A DNA stretch of 64,000 nt from assembly GCA_034665065.1 (NCBI GenBank), contig JAXDGL010000014.1, positions 4,916-68,915 on the forward strand. Reading direction: 5' to 3'. The stretch's first letter is position 1, and the number at the start of each line of letters is the position of its first letter. The position numbers were made by a program, and so were the translations under genes. This DNA is from Thermoanaerobaculia bacterium (GTDB lineage: Bacteria; Acidobacteriota; Thermoanaerobaculia; Gp7-AA8). Positions 18,506-28,834 of the stretch are shown in pieces. The notes under the pieces were generated by a model. It did no database searches and was not told the DNA's origin. It saw only the letters and a program-made list of their open reading frames with translations.

Positions 18506-19621
18506 GTGAAGAATCCTCGCATCGCCATCGTCGTCACCACAATCTTCGAGCCCGCTTTCCTCGACGGCTACGTCGAGAACCTTCGCCGCTTTGGCCGCGA
18601 CGACGTCGCCATCATCGTCATCATCGACCGGAAAACTCCGGCGTCTGTCGCCAGCCGTTGCGCGCATTACGGACTGATCTGCCCAACGCTCGACGAACAG
18701 GAAGAGCTTCTGAAGCGATTTCCGTCGATGGCCGGGCGCATCCCGTACGACAGCGACAACCGGCGCAACATCGGATTCCTCATGGCGCTCGACCGCGGCG
18801 TTGAGCTGCTCATCAGCATCGACGATGACAACTACTGCCTCGACGATGTTGACTTCGTTGGCGAGCATCTCGCTGCCGGCACGACGATCGATCTGCCATC
18901 GACGGAAAGCGGCGACGGATGGATCAACATCTGCTCGCTGCTGCATTCGTCGACGCAGGATCCCATTTTCCCGCGCGGCTTTCCCTACTACGCGCGGCGT
19001 CATGCGCCGGCGTTGCGCGAGGAGAGCGAATCTCCGGCGCGTGTGGCCATCAATGCCGGTCTCTGGTTGAGCGATCCTGATGTCGATGCCATGACCCGCC
19101 TCGTGCAAGCGCCACACATCGCGTCGTCCGATGGCCGCTCGATCCGGCTCGGCACCGGCACCTGGACACCGATCAATACCCAGAACACCGCCGTCGTCCG
19201 CGACGCCATCGCCGCTTACTACTACGTCCGCATGGGCTTCTCGCTCGGCGGCCTGAAGATCGACCGCTACGGCGACATCCTCAGCGGCTATCTCATTCAA
19301 AAGTGCGTGAAGACGCGCGGCGAAGCAATCCGCATCGGCTCACCGATCGCCGATCATCGCCGCACGCCGCACAATCTCTTCAAGGATCTCTACCACGAGC
19401 TGGCCGGAATGGTCATCCTCGAAGATCTGCTGCCTTGGTTCGTCGAGCTGAAGATCGGATCAGGCTCATACAGCGAGATGTTTGCCGAGGTCGCTGATGC
19501 GCTGGAATCGAAGAGCGCGTCGATGCGCGGGTTCGTATGGGACGACGGCGGCCGCGATTTTCTCGCCGATACCGCGGCGAACATGCGCGCATGGATCGAG
19601 GCGGTGCGGGTGATCGGATGA
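18506..19621 (+). CDS. GT75 / reversibly-glycosylated-polypeptide (UDP-arabinopyranose mutase)-like protein
   Basis: Blocks recalled from plant RGP/UAM are present: IDDDNYCL (compare TIDDDCFVAKD), RGFPYYAR (compare RGYPFSLR), GLWLSDPDVDAMTRLVQAP (compare GLWLNIPDYDAPTQLVKP), RYGDILSGYLIQKCVKTRG...HRRTPHNLFKDLYHE, and C-terminal LADTAANMRAWIEA. Confidence 0.7.
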   Translation: MKNPRIAIVVTTIFEPAFLDGYVENLRRFGRDDVAIIVIIDRKTPASVASRCAHYGLICPTLDEQEELLKRFPSMAGRIPYDSDNRRNIGFLMALDRGVELLISIDDDNYCLDDVDFVGEHLAAGTTIDLPSTESGDGWINICSLLHSSTQDPIFPRGFPYYARRHAPALREESESPARVAINAGLWLSDPDVDAMTRLVQAPHIASSDGRSIRLGTGTWTPINTQNTAVVRDAIAAYYYVRMGFSLGGLKIDRYGDILSGYLIQKCVKTRGEAIRIGSPIADHRRTPHNLFKDLYHELAGMVILEDLLPWFVELKIGSGSYSEMFAEVADALESKSASMRGFVWDDGGRDFLADTAANMRAWIEAVRVIG

Positions 19622-20553
19622 TGGTGTCGGAACGGCCGCTCGTTTCGATCGTCATCCCCAGCTTCAATCAGGGCCGCTACATTCGCGAGACGATCGATTC
19701 GACGCTGTCGCAGGATTACCGGCCGATCGAAATCCTGGTGCTCGACGGCGCCTCGAAAGACGAGACGGTCGATGTGCTGCAGTCCTACGATGGCACTCCC
19801 GAGCTGCAATGGTGGTCGGAGCGCGACCGCGGCGTCGTCGATGCCGTGAACAAAGGCCTGACCCTCGCGCGCGGCGAAATCGTCGCCATCCAGAGCTCGG
19901 ATGACGTCTACCTTCCTGGCGCAGTCTCGGCCGCCGTCGCCGCCTTTCGCGAGAATCCCGCCCTTGGCCTCGTCTACGGCGACGTCGAGTACATCGATGC
20001 GCAATCGCGCCCCAGCGGGCGAACGCATCTCTCCCCGTTCCAGTTGCACGACTACGTCGGGAAGCTGACGTACATCCCGCAGCCGGCGGCATTCTTCACG
20101 GCCGAGGCGTTTCGTGCGGCGGGCGGATGGCGGGAAGACATCAGCTACGCCGCCGATGCCGAGTTCTATCTCCGCATCGTGATGCAATTCCCGGCGAAGA
20201 AGATGGACCGCGTCGTCGCTCGTTATCGATACCACGACGAGCAGCGCGACAAGGCGTCGCAACGCGTCCAGCGCGATTGGCGCACAGCGATCGAGCCGCT
20301 GATGCGATCCAACGACCGCCGTCTGCGCCGTTACGCGCAAAGCGGCATCGACATGTCGACGATCCGCTATACGCCGGATGAACAGTGGATCAAACGGACG
20401 CTGGCCGCGTATCACGCACTGCTGATCAATCCAGCGGTCATCCGCAGTCCCGACTTCCGCGCCACGCGCGATCTGCTGCCCGGCCGCTATCCGATCTGGC
20501 GGCTGCTGTCGAAGATCAAGAAGCTGCTTGGCCTCGCGCCGCGCCGGTCCTGA
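19618..20553 (+). CDS. Glycosyltransferase family 2
   Basis: LVSIVIPSFNQGRYIRETIDS...LVLDGASKDETV and a DxD motif. ATGA overlap with the upstream gene. Confidence 0.8.
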   Translation: MMVSERPLVSIVIPSFNQGRYIRETIDSTLSQDYRPIEILVLDGASKDETVDVLQSYDGTPELQWWSERDRGVVDAVNKGLTLARGEIVAIQSSDDVYLPGAVSAAVAAFRENPALGLVYGDVEYIDAQSRPSGRTHLSPFQLHDYVGKLTYIPQPAAFFTAEAFRAAGGWREDISYAADAEFYLRIVMQFPAKKMDRVVARYRYHDEQRDKASQRVQRDWRTAIEPLMRSNDRRLRRYAQSGIDMSTIRYTPDEQWIKRTLAAYHALLINPAVIRSPDFRATRDLLPGRYPIWRLLSKIKKLLGLAPRRS

Positions 20554-21363
20554 CTACTGCGCCGTCTCGTTTTGAGCTCGGGCCGCGGCATCGGCGCGCT
20601 TGTAATCGCCGCGGCTGAAGTACTTCTCGAGCCACACGTAAAGGATGATGAAGAGGTAGCGGCTTCCCATCTCTTTGATCTTCAACTTGGCGATGCCACT
20701 GCGCCGGTTCCGCCATGTGATCGGGATCGTCGTCCATGAAAAGCCGCGGACGATCGCTTTGAGCGGAACCTCGACGGTGAGATTGAAGTGGGGCGCGATG
20801 AATGGCCGGCAGCCGTCGATGACCGTGCGCCGGTATGCTTTGAATGCGTTGGTCGTGTCGTTCAGTGAGATGCCGAAGAGCAGCCGCACCATCAGATTGG
20901 CGAGCCGGTTCAATCGGAGCTTGAGCCACGGGTAATCGATGACGCCACCGCCGGACACGAAGCGGCTTCCGAACACGCACTCCCACCCTTGATTCAACGT
21001 TCGCCAGTAACGGACGGCATCGCGGCAATCGTCGCTCTCGTCGGCCATGACGATCACGACCGCGTCTCCGGTCATCGCATCGAGACCACGGATGATGGCG
21101 CGGCCGAAACCATGATCGCCGTCGTTCCGGATCGGCCGCAGCTCCGGCAACCTGCTGCTCAGATCCTCGAGAATGCTCCACGTGCGATCGCTGCTTCCGT
21201 CATCGACGACGATGATCTCGTGGTCGATGCCGTTGAGACGCATCTCGAGATGGAAGTGCTCGACCGTAGACTCGATGCAACCCTCTTCATCGCGCGCCGG
21301 GATCACAATCGAGAGCTTGCGCAGTGGAGGAAGGTCCGCATCCGGCGTCGAGTGATTTTTCAT
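20554..21363 (-). CDS. Glycosyltransferase family 2 (DPM1/ArnC-like polyprenyl-phosphate sugar transferase type)
   Basis: KLSIVIPARDEEGCI...IIVVDDGSSDRT. The start is taken at the internal MKNHS Met; the upstream 70 codons of the track ORF are S/R-rich noise. Confidence 0.75.
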   Translation of the reverse strand: MKNHSTPDADLPPLRKLSIVIPARDEEGCIESTVEHFHLEMRLNGIDHEIIVVDDGSSDRTWSILEDLSSRLPELRPIRNDGDHGFGRAIIRGLDAMTGDAVVIVMADESDDCRDAVRYWRTLNQGWECVFGSRFVSGGGVIDYPWLKLRLNRLANLMVRLLFGISLNDTTNAFKAYRRTVIDGCRPFIAPHFNLTVEVPLKAIVRGFSWTTIPITWRNRRSGIAKLKIKEMGSRYLFIILYVWLEKYFSRGDYKRADAAARAQNETAQ

Positions 21364-21370
21364 ATTCTCT

Positions 21371-22441
21371 TCAGCCGCCTGCGGAGAGCTCGAGCCAGTC
21401 GGGATGGCTCTGCGCATGGACGAGGATCTCCTCGAGGATATCGGACGCGGTGCGCTGCGGCGTCCAGTTCCAATGTGCCTTCGCTTCACCGGCATCGAGC
21501 ACGACCCACGGAAGATCGAACGCTCTTGGCCGCGGATCGGAGCCGACGTTGCGCGGCCCCATGCGCGCCTCACACCACGCGCTCAGTTGCCGCAACGATA
21601 TCGCGGAGCTTTTTCCGCCCGAGATGTTGATGATCCGAGGAGCGCGAACGCCCGCTTCGGAAAGCTGGCGATCGAGAAGCAGTACCAGATCGGCGGGATG
21701 GAGACAGTCTCGAACCTGATGGCCCTGCCCATCAAATCCGATATAGCGGAGTGGACGGCCGCGCAGCCAACTGTGGATCCAGTACGAGAAGATGCCTTGA
21801 TCGGCGCGCCCGAATTGACCCGCGCCCGCCATGACACCGCAGCGGTTGATCCACACCGGAAAATCAAACGCCGAGCCATATTCGAGCGCGAGTGCTTCGC
21901 TGGCCAGTTTCGTCGCTCCGTAAAGGGACACCGGCGCGCTCGTCGAAAACGTCTCACTGATTCCGTCGCTCGAAAGCCCCGGCGGCAAGGGCGCGCCTTG
22001 ATCGGGCTCGAAGGCATCACCGGCGATGCGGACTGGAAGCGCGGCCAGTGGAGGAATCGAGTAGACGCGGCTCGTGCTCAACATGACGAAGGCCGCGGAG
22101 GTTCGCCTGCAGTATTCGAGAATGTTCAGCGTGCCGAGTAGATTGTGCTCGACGATTTGGCGGCTCGATGTGCGCCCGTCGATTCCGGCCAGGATGCTCG
22201 GCAACGCAGCGGCATCGATGACGGCGTCGACGCGCGGAAGTCCCTCGAAATCGCTGGCCATTCGCACGTCGGCGTGGATTACTTCGACGCCGAGGCGGCG
22301 GAGCGCCACTCGGTTCGTTTCGCTGCCGGCTCTGACGAGACTGTCGACGCCGATGATCTCGTGCTGGCTGCCGGCCTCGCGCCACGCCTTCGCGATCGCC
22401 GACCCGGCGAATCCGCAGATGCCAGTGATGAGAATCTTCAC
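21371..22441 (-). CDS. NAD-dependent sugar epimerase/dehydratase (extended SDR)
   Basis: GTG start at [14 protein letters not shown] and a catalytic YGATKLASE motif. GTGA overlap with the upstream epimerase gene. Confidence 0.8.
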   Translation of the reverse strand: MKILITGICGFAGSAIAKAWREAGSQHEIIGVDSLVRAGSETNRVALRRLGVEVIHADVRMASDFEGLPRVDAVIDAAALPSILAGIDGRTSSRQIVEHNLLGTLNILEYCRRTSAAFVMLSTSRVYSIPPLAALPVRIAGDAFEPDQGAPLPPGLSSDGISETFSTSAPVSLYGATKLASEALALEYGSAFDFPVWINRCGVMAGAGQFGRADQGIFSYWIHSWLRGRPLRYIGFDGQGHQVRDCLHPADLVLLLDRQLSEAGVRAPRIINISGGKSSAISLRQLSAWCEARMGPRNVGSDPRPRAFDLPWVVLDAGEAKAHWNWTPQRTASDILEEILVHAQSHPDWLELSAGG

Positions 22442-23517
22442 GAGCCCTCTCGCGTACGCCACGCTTCGACGATCTGGCGGATCGTCTCCTCGAGCGAGAT
22501 CGTGATGTCCCAATCGGGATAATGGCTTTTCATCTTTCGAAGGTCACTGTAGTAGCAGATGTGATCTCCGATCCGATTCTGCTCCAGATAAGTGCTGTGC
22601 TGGGGCTTTCCGGTGTACGTCTCCGTGAGCGCAAAGGCTTCCATGATGCTGCAGGAGTTCGCCTTCCCTCCTCCCAGGTTGTACACCTCACCGCAGCGAG
22701 GATTCCCGATGAATGCGGCGATGAAGCGGGCCACGTCGACGCTGTGAATGTTGTCGCGCACCTGCTTTCCCTTGTAGCCGTAGATTTTGTATTCGCGGCC
22801 TTCGAGATTGCACTTTACGAGGTAGCTCAGGAATCCGTGGAGCTCCACGCCGGTGTGATTCGGACCGGTGAGGCAGCCGCCGCGAAGAACGCACGTAGGC
22901 ATATTGAAATAGCGTCCGTACTCCTGAACCATGACGTCCGCGGCGACTTTGCTGGCGCCGAAGAGACTGTGCAGGCTTTGATCGATCGAGAACGTCTCCG
23001 GGATCCCTTCCGCGAATTCGCTGTCGTCGTAATCCCAGCGGGTGGCCAGCTCGCGAAGTGCAATCCGATTGGGAGCGTCGCCGTAGACCTTGTTCGTACT
23101 GAGGTAGACGAACGGCGACTCCGGACACGTTCTCCGCGCCGCTTCGAGAAGGTTCAGAGTGCCGGCGGCATTGGTATCGAAGTCGTCGAACGGAATCGCG
23201 GCGGCCCGATCGTGGGACGGCTGCGCCGCGGCGTGAACGATCGCGTCCGGCCGCAGCTCCGCGAGCAGATCGTGCACTCCCTGCCTGTCGCGGACGTCGA
23301 GCTCGTGAACGAAGCCGGGCACTTCGCGCATCAGGCGCGCCTGATTCCAGCGCGTGTCGCCCGATGGCCCGAAGAAGACTGCGCGCTGATTGTTGTCCAG
23401 ACCGTGCACGACGAAGCCACTGCGCGCGAGGTAGCCGACAACTTCGCTGCCGATGAGCCCGGAGGAGCCGGTAACGAGCGCTAGTTTCAAGAACCATCCG
23501 TCCTTTCTGAAAACCAC
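22438..23517 (-). CDS. NAD-dependent sugar epimerase of the CDP-paratose-2-epimerase (RfbE)-like type
   Basis: [17 protein letters not shown]ossmann motif and [36 protein letters not shown]. An alternative TTG start at 23487 is possible. Confidence 0.8.
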   Translation of the reverse strand: MVFRKDGWFLKLALVTGSSGLIGSEVVGYLARSGFVVHGLDNNQRAVFFGPSGDTRWNQARLMREVPGFVHELDVRDRQGVHDLLAELRPDAIVHAAAQPSHDRAAAIPFDDFDTNAAGTLNLLEAARRTCPESPFVYLSTNKVYGDAPNRIALRELATRWDYDDSEFAEGIPETFSIDQSLHSLFGASKVAADVMVQEYGRYFNMPTCVLRGGCLTGPNHTGVELHGFLSYLVKCNLEGREYKIYGYKGKQVRDNIHSVDVARFIAAFIGNPRCGEVYNLGGGKANSCSIMEAFALTETYTGKPQHSTYLEQNRIGDHICYYSDLRKMKSHYPDWDITISLEETIRQIVEAWRTREGS

Positions 23518-23663
23518 GTGAAGAGGATCAAATCCGTATCGTACCGCCGGGCCTCATCGAGCACGTCAAGCAACTCGTCGAATCCATCCACATCGAGTCC
23601 GCATTCGGACGCACCGTTCGACCAAAACGCATCCCAGGTGCTACTCTCTGACAATCGTCCGCG

Positions 23664-25217
23664 GTGAAATCGCAGGTCCCGTTCCGGCATCCTTCGGGAG
23701 AGTGCGCACGACCCTATGGATCATCCCACCTACGAGCGGTCATATCGGTGACAGACATCGCGGAACGTGATTCCGAAGGCCTGGAGCCTTCTGGAGATAC
23801 GAGTGGGCCGCTGCGGCGACGCCTGGCGTTTCCCATCGTCGCCGCACTCGTGGCGCTGATCGGCATCATCGAGTGGCACCGGCTCCCTTCCGCACCGCTG
23901 GACAGTCTCAATTACGACGGGTTCCGTTACCTGGCCGGATCGTGGTCGCTCCTCGATCACGGCCGCTATATCGACATCGGTGGGGATCCGCAGCGTACCT
24001 GGGCCCCGGGGACGTCGCTCCTCTACGCGGTCCTCGCACGCGTTACCGGTAAACGGCCCGAGCAACTCGTCACCTTCGTCGGGCTGATGTCCTACCTCGC
24101 CATCCTGTTCGCGCTGGCAGCGACGATGCGAACGACGATCCGGCGCTGGCCCCTCGCTGCGATTGGTCTCGCCGCCATCGCCCTGAACTCCGGCATCGTC
24201 AGTCTCACGAACAAGTTCCTGTCGGAGCCCGCCGCTCTTGCATTCCTCTCGTGGGCTCTGCTGATGGCGATCGACGCGATCGACAAACGCTCGGAGCGCC
24301 GTATGGTGGTGGCGGCATTCCTGTTCTCGCTGGCCATCTTTTTCCGGTTCGCGCTGATCGCAGCGGTTCCGCTGGCGCTCGCTGCCGCGTTCTTCGCATC
24401 GGGCCGGCTGCGTACGCTCGCGCTCGCGCTACTGACACCGCTGCCGATGATGATCGCGCTTCGGGTTTTGGCTCCGGGAGCCCACACCGCAACTCCATTT
24501 CGGATTACGCCGCTGCCATTCGCCGAAGACTGGAAAGGCCTCGCCGAGCTCGCAAGCCAGATCGTTCCAACACGGATGGGCTGGATCGGAGTCGTGCTTT
24601 TCGTGATTCTGATCGTGATCGTGGCTGGGGCCGCGATACGGTCCGCGGGATGGGTGGGAGCGGAGCGCGGCCGGCGTGAGATTGCACTGCTCCTCCATTC
24701 CGGCTGGATCATTCTCTACACGGTCTTTCTCCTGGTCGCTCAATGGATCTGGGTGAGTCCTGCTCCGGTCATCGACCTGCGCATGCTTCTTCCGCTTTAC
24801 CCATCGATCGTGATTGTCCTCGTGACCGGAGCCGACCGCCTCATGGACCGCGGGCCACGCTCACTCGCGGCGCTCGGCGTGATCGCGGTCTCAATCGCAA
24901 CTGCGCGGGCGTTACACCCGTTCTTCGATCACCGGCCGCAGCCTGCTCCGGCATGTATCTCCCGCTACGATGCCGTGCTCTCGATCGAGCGGCTCCGTCC
25001 GGCAATCCTCGGCGACGACGTCGTCACCAATGCCCAGGGGCTGGCCTGGTACGCGCTGCGAAGGCCGGTCGGAAGAATTCGGGACGCGAAGACAGGGTCC
25101 CTCGTCATTTTCGTCGACGGAAGCAAGACCTGTCCTTACACAGTCGAGACGATCGAGGTTCCCAGGGGCGGCAACATCATCGCCCGCGACGGCGCCGTCG
25201 TCATCATGCGGCAGTAA
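23664..25217 (+). CDS. Large polytopic membrane protein; possible GT-C-type glycosyltransferase
   Basis: 517 aa with more than 10 predicted TM helices and loops. The N-terminus of the track ORF may be over-extended. Confidence 0.55.
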   Translation: MKSQVPFRHPSGECARPYGSSHLRAVISVTDIAERDSEGLEPSGDTSGPLRRRLAFPIVAALVALIGIIEWHRLPSAPLDSLNYDGFRYLAGSWSLLDHGRYIDIGGDPQRTWAPGTSLLYAVLARVTGKRPEQLVTFVGLMSYLAILFALAATMRTTIRRWPLAAIGLAAIALNSGIVSLTNKFLSEPAALAFLSWALLMAIDAIDKRSERRMVVAAFLFSLAIFFRFALIAAVPLALAAAFFASGRLRTLALALLTPLPMMIALRVLAPGAHTATPFRITPLPFAEDWKGLAELASQIVPTRMGWIGVVLFVILIVIVAGAAIRSAGWVGAERGRREIALLLHSGWIILYTVFLLVAQWIWVSPAPVIDLRMLLPLYPSIVIVLVTGADRLMDRGPRSLAALGVIAVSIATARALHPFFDHRPQPAPACISRYDAVLSIERLRPAILGDDVVTNAQGLAWYALRRPVGRIRDAKTGSLVIFVDGSKTCPYTVETIEVPRGGNIIARDGAVVIMRQ

Positions 25218-25247
25218 GAAATCGATCTGCTGCACGGTCTGATTGCG

Positions 25248-26840
25248 TCACCGCGCGGCGCCGGCGTTTCGTACGATCGAAAACCCTTCCGCTTTTCCAA
25301 CAAGAGTTCCGTTGCGCGCCGGCGAATTCGGTAAATCCTCGGTCCGCATGACGAACAGATCCCAATGAGTGGCGCCCTCCGGGAGCGAGAGGATGGGCGG
25401 CATGAAGTGACCATCGAGCGGGTATTGCTGCTCGATCATCCTCAGAAAGTCGCGATTGAATGCGGGGCGCGTGGCGTCGCGTTCGTCGGGGCGTAACACG
25501 GTCTCATGCAGAAACCGCCGGTCGTACGTGGCGAACCGGAGTGCGAACGACGGCTCCGGAGCGTAGCAGTAGACGACGATGTCGCCGGTTCTTCGATTGG
25601 CACCGACCGCGGCATCGATGTGCGTCCGCCGCTCGATCAGCATCGCCGTCTTCTGCATGTGATCGCGCAACTCGAGATAGGTGGCGCGTCCCGCGAGGAT
25701 CGCGATTGCGACGATGGCGATGGCTCGCAACGACACCCGCTGGCCCGCGAGCCGGAAAACCGCGGCGGCAGCGAGGACCACGGCCATCGCGCTCGGCAAC
25801 AGGTACCGGTACCGGATGTCGCCAAATCCTTCCGCTGCCGTCGGAATGAGCCCCTTTGCCGCGATGGCGAAGTTTGCGCCGATCGTCACGATCGCGAACA
25901 AAAGTACAAACCACGCGCTCCTGTCTCTGCTCCTGATCGCAGCGGCCAACAGGGCGATGAGTACCGCGCCTGCGCAGAGATGCCATGACTTCGCCGCGGA
26001 AACGGCGGCGGCGATCGAGTGCAGCGACGCCGCGAGCCGCGGAGGAGCGGATGCCGTATGTTCACCGTACCAACTCGGCGCCGAAACGACCGAGAGCAGC
26101 CATCGGATCATGTCGCCATATCGCGCTGCCGCCGCCATGGTGGCCGCGAGAAAACCGAGCAGAGTGCATCCGCCTGCCACTGCCAGATCGGCGACGCGCG
26201 TGACGATTCGCCGGCCCCCGCAGAATGCGAGCGCGACGCCGAAACCAGCGAGCCACGGAAGAAAGACGAACTTGATTCCGATGGCGAATCCGATCGCCAG
26301 ACCGGATGCAGCGGCGGCAGCGATCGCCGGCGTTTTCGCGTAGGTCCAGACCGCTGCCGCCGCAAGCGCTGCCGCCGCGAAAAAGAGTGACTCAGGGCTG
26401 GCGATATCGACGTAGCGAAGCGCCGCGGGACTGATCCAGAAAAGCCAGAGCGCGGCCACTCGCTGCATCGGCGTGAGGTCACGGCTGAGTACTCGATCGA
26501 GGAGAAGCGCCGCGGCCACGGTGACCAACGCAGTCAGGATGTAGGCGCCGAGCCGGTATCGATCGACCGTCAACGGCGTTGCACCGGTAGCGGAAATCAC
26601 CGCCGCGCCGAGAAGCTGGACCGGAGTGCCCGGGTGATCGATGTTCGCCGGAGCGATTCCAAGATGAACACGCAGTGCATCGAAGAAAAAATAGAGCTCC
26701 GGATCTGCGTACTCGCCCCAGAACGGACGCCAGCGGACGAATGTCTTCACTGCGAAAACGATCAGGAACGGGAGAATGCCGGCAACAGGCGCGAGCACAC
26801 TCACTACGCGCTTTGCCCCTCCGGCCTCGGCGTTCGGCAC
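25248..26840 (-). CDS. Polytopic membrane protein; GT-C (ArnT/PMT, GT39/83-like) glycosyltransferase candidate
   Basis: 530 aa with many TM helices and a C-terminal soluble domain of about 140 aa. Confidence 0.55.
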   Translation of the reverse strand: MPNAEAGGAKRVVSVLAPVAGILPFLIVFAVKTFVRWRPFWGEYADPELYFFFDALRVHLGIAPANIDHPGTPVQLLGAAVISATGATPLTVDRYRLGAYILTALVTVAAALLLDRVLSRDLTPMQRVAALWLFWISPAALRYVDIASPESLFFAAAALAAAAVWTYAKTPAIAAAAASGLAIGFAIGIKFVFLPWLAGFGVALAFCGGRRIVTRVADLAVAGGCTLLGFLAATMAAAARYGDMIRWLLSVVSAPSWYGEHTASAPPRLAASLHSIAAAVSAAKSWHLCAGAVLIALLAAAIRSRDRSAWFVLLFAIVTIGANFAIAAKGLIPTAAEGFGDIRYRYLLPSAMAVVLAAAAVFRLAGQRVSLRAIAIVAIAILAGRATYLELRDHMQKTAMLIERRTHIDAAVGANRRTGDIVVYCYAPEPSFALRFATYDRRFLHETVLRPDERDATRPAFNRDFLRMIEQQYPLDGHFMPPILSLPEGATHWDLFVMRTEDLPNSPARNGTLVGKAEGFSIVRNAGAAR

Positions 26841-26941
26841 CGCGTGATTATGTCAGAACAGAAAAAACAGCTCGCGCCATCGTTTGATATTCGGAAGCGG
26901 GGACGGCGCGAAATCCGATTCACGTCAGTTCGCGCGTTCGC

Positions 26942-28834
26942 TCAATCGAACCGCAGCCGGTAAATCTCGATCGACACCGTTTCGGCGAACCGCGACGAAG
27001 GTGCGTCAGCGATCGTGATTGACGTGACGCGTGGCAGTGTTGCCGAAGCTGCATACAGACTGGCGAAATCTTCTTTCGTCCGGATCAGCGGAGAGAGAAG
27101 GAATCCCGCGCGTGCCCCTTTGGGAACGAATGAGAACGATCGACGCCGGCTATCGGTCGTCGTAATCACGAGATTTGGTGGCGTGCCCGCGCGCAAGAGC
27201 AGTGTCTGCAGCCGCTCCCGAAATCGCGGACGGACATCAAGCCGGACGAAGAGTGGCCCCGCCTCGTTAAGACGCACTGTCTGACCGATCCGGATCTCCT
27301 CGCGCAAAAGCAGATCAAGCCGCGGCGGATGCGTCCCGCTCCTCCGATCGAGCACAAGAAACTCACCGTTGAAACCCGCGGGACGGTATCGGGCGAGAAG
27401 TTCCGGCCACGAGGATCCGTCATCGAGCGATGGGAACCTCTCGCCGGCTTCGGCGGATGCAAGACGCCCTTCCAACGCTCGCACATCGAACAGGATCGTC
27501 GACGGCGCCTCCGATCCGCGAAGATGTGATGCGTTCAGCTCGTCGAGCAGCGGCGTCTCCACGCAGTAGGACTGGAACACCGGACGACGGCGTGCCGGCA
27601 GATCGAACGCCCACAACAACGCGCTGCTCGAGGGATAGACATCGAACGTCGTTCCCGCAGGACGCGACGTCAGGTACCTCGCGTACATGTCTCGCGTACT
27701 TTGGCGCAGCCGGTCGAGATCTGACGTGCCGTAGCGAGTGAAGTGCACGAAACGCCGGACGCCCATCTCGACGGACAGCCGCATCGACTGTGCGAGAGGC
27801 GGAAGCTCGCTTGTGACGCGGCTGGCCGCAAGAAGCGCGAGCGCTGCCACCAGCGGAATCATCATCCGCCGCCGTCCGGGTGCAGCGAGCAACGCAACGC
27901 AGGCGAGGGTCGTGGTCGCGATCAACTCGTGCCGGTCGTGGCGAACGAAGCCCGCTTTGAATGTGAGAAAGAAAATCGCTGCCATGCTGCCGGCGGAAAT
28001 GAGCCGCGACGGCGGGGTCATCGTCGCGCCGGTGCACGATCCCCAGACGCAGACCGCGGCGATGACGATGAACGCAACGAGGATCACATGATCCGCAAAC
28101 GCCGAAGAGGCGACGGCCATCGCTTCGCTGTAACTGCTGGCGATCTCCCAAGCAATGCGGACGTACGCCGGGAAGAGTGAGAGCGGTTGACGGGCCAGCA
28201 GCCAGAACGCGGCAAGCGACGCGACGAACGTGGCGCCCGCAGCGGGGAGCCTGCGCTTCAGCAGATCATCCAGCACGGTCGCGCCCACCGCGACGATTGC
28301 GGCGATGAAGAACGAGAACTTGATCAGCGCGACGAGCCCGAGTACCGCTGCCAGAAAGAGCGCCGCCGCACGCCGCCCGTCGCTGGTCTGGATGAGAACC
28401 AACGCAAAGGCAAGGAGGACATACCGGGCGTCAGGAGAGAACCCATCGTCGATCGCCACGAGCGCGGCGACGATCACGATGAACGCGGCTCGCCGCCACG
28501 GATTGACGATCGTCCGCCGCGAGATCTCCGCCGACGCCAGCGTCAGTGCCGCGGCCGTCACGATACCGGCGGCCAATGTCGCAGCGAAGGTGCGTGGGTC
28601 ATATCCGCTGTACGCGAAACCCCACGGTCCGAACGTAAAGGCCACCTGCCGCCCAAACGCGAGCCCGTTCGCGAACGCCTCGTGCAAGACGAGCTGCCAC
28701 GACAGGTCGATGTCCCAGTTGAAAATCCGCGGCTGCCAGGGAATCAGGATCAACGTCGCCAATGCGCACGACGCGGCGAGAACCAGCCGCTCGATCGTCA
28801 GATTCGAGAATCGCGTGGGATGCGCGCCAGTCAT
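26942..28834 (-). CDS. Membrane protein (N-terminal TM domain of about 330 aa plus a C-terminal soluble domain of about 300 aa); unknown function
   Basis: 630-aa ORF with ordinary amino-acid composition and a hydrophobic N-terminal half. 4-nt overlap with the upstream gene. Confidence 0.55.
   Translation of the reverse strand: MTGAHPTRFSNLTIERLVLAASCALATLILIPWQPRIFNWDIDLSWQLVLHEAFANGLAFGRQVAFTFGPWGFAYSGYDPRTFAATLAAGIVTAAALTLASAEISRRTIVNPWRRAAFIVIVAALVAIDDGFSPDARYVLLAFALVLIQTSDGRRAAALFLAAVLGLVALIKFSFFIAAIVAVGATVLDDLLKRRLPAAGATFVASLAAFWLLARQPLSLFPAYVRIAWEIASSYSEAMAVASSAFADHVILVAFIVIAAVCVWGSCTGATMTPPSRLISAGSMAAIFFLTFKAGFVRHDRHELIATTTLACVALLAAPGRRRMMIPLVAALALLAASRVTSELPPLAQSMRLSVEMGVRRFVHFTRYGTSDLDRLRQSTRDMYARYLTSRPAGTTFDVYPSSSALLWAFDLPARRRPVFQSYCVETPLLDELNASHLRGSEAPSTILFDVRALEGRLASAEAGERFPSLDDGSSWPELLARYRPAGFNGEFLVLDRRSGTHPPRLDLLLREEIRIGQTVRLNEAGPLFVRLDVRPRFRERLQTLLLRAGTPPNLVITTTDSRRRSFSFVPKGARAGFLLSPLIRTKEDFASLYAASATLPRVTSITIADAPSSRFAETVSIEIYRLRFD

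Noticed and set aside
23487-23690. 67-aa acidic minus-strand ORF between the epimerase operon and the membrane-protein gene
   Set aside because: No RBS or recognisable motifs, and it overlaps the epimerase start region. It may be real, but the evidence is insufficient.
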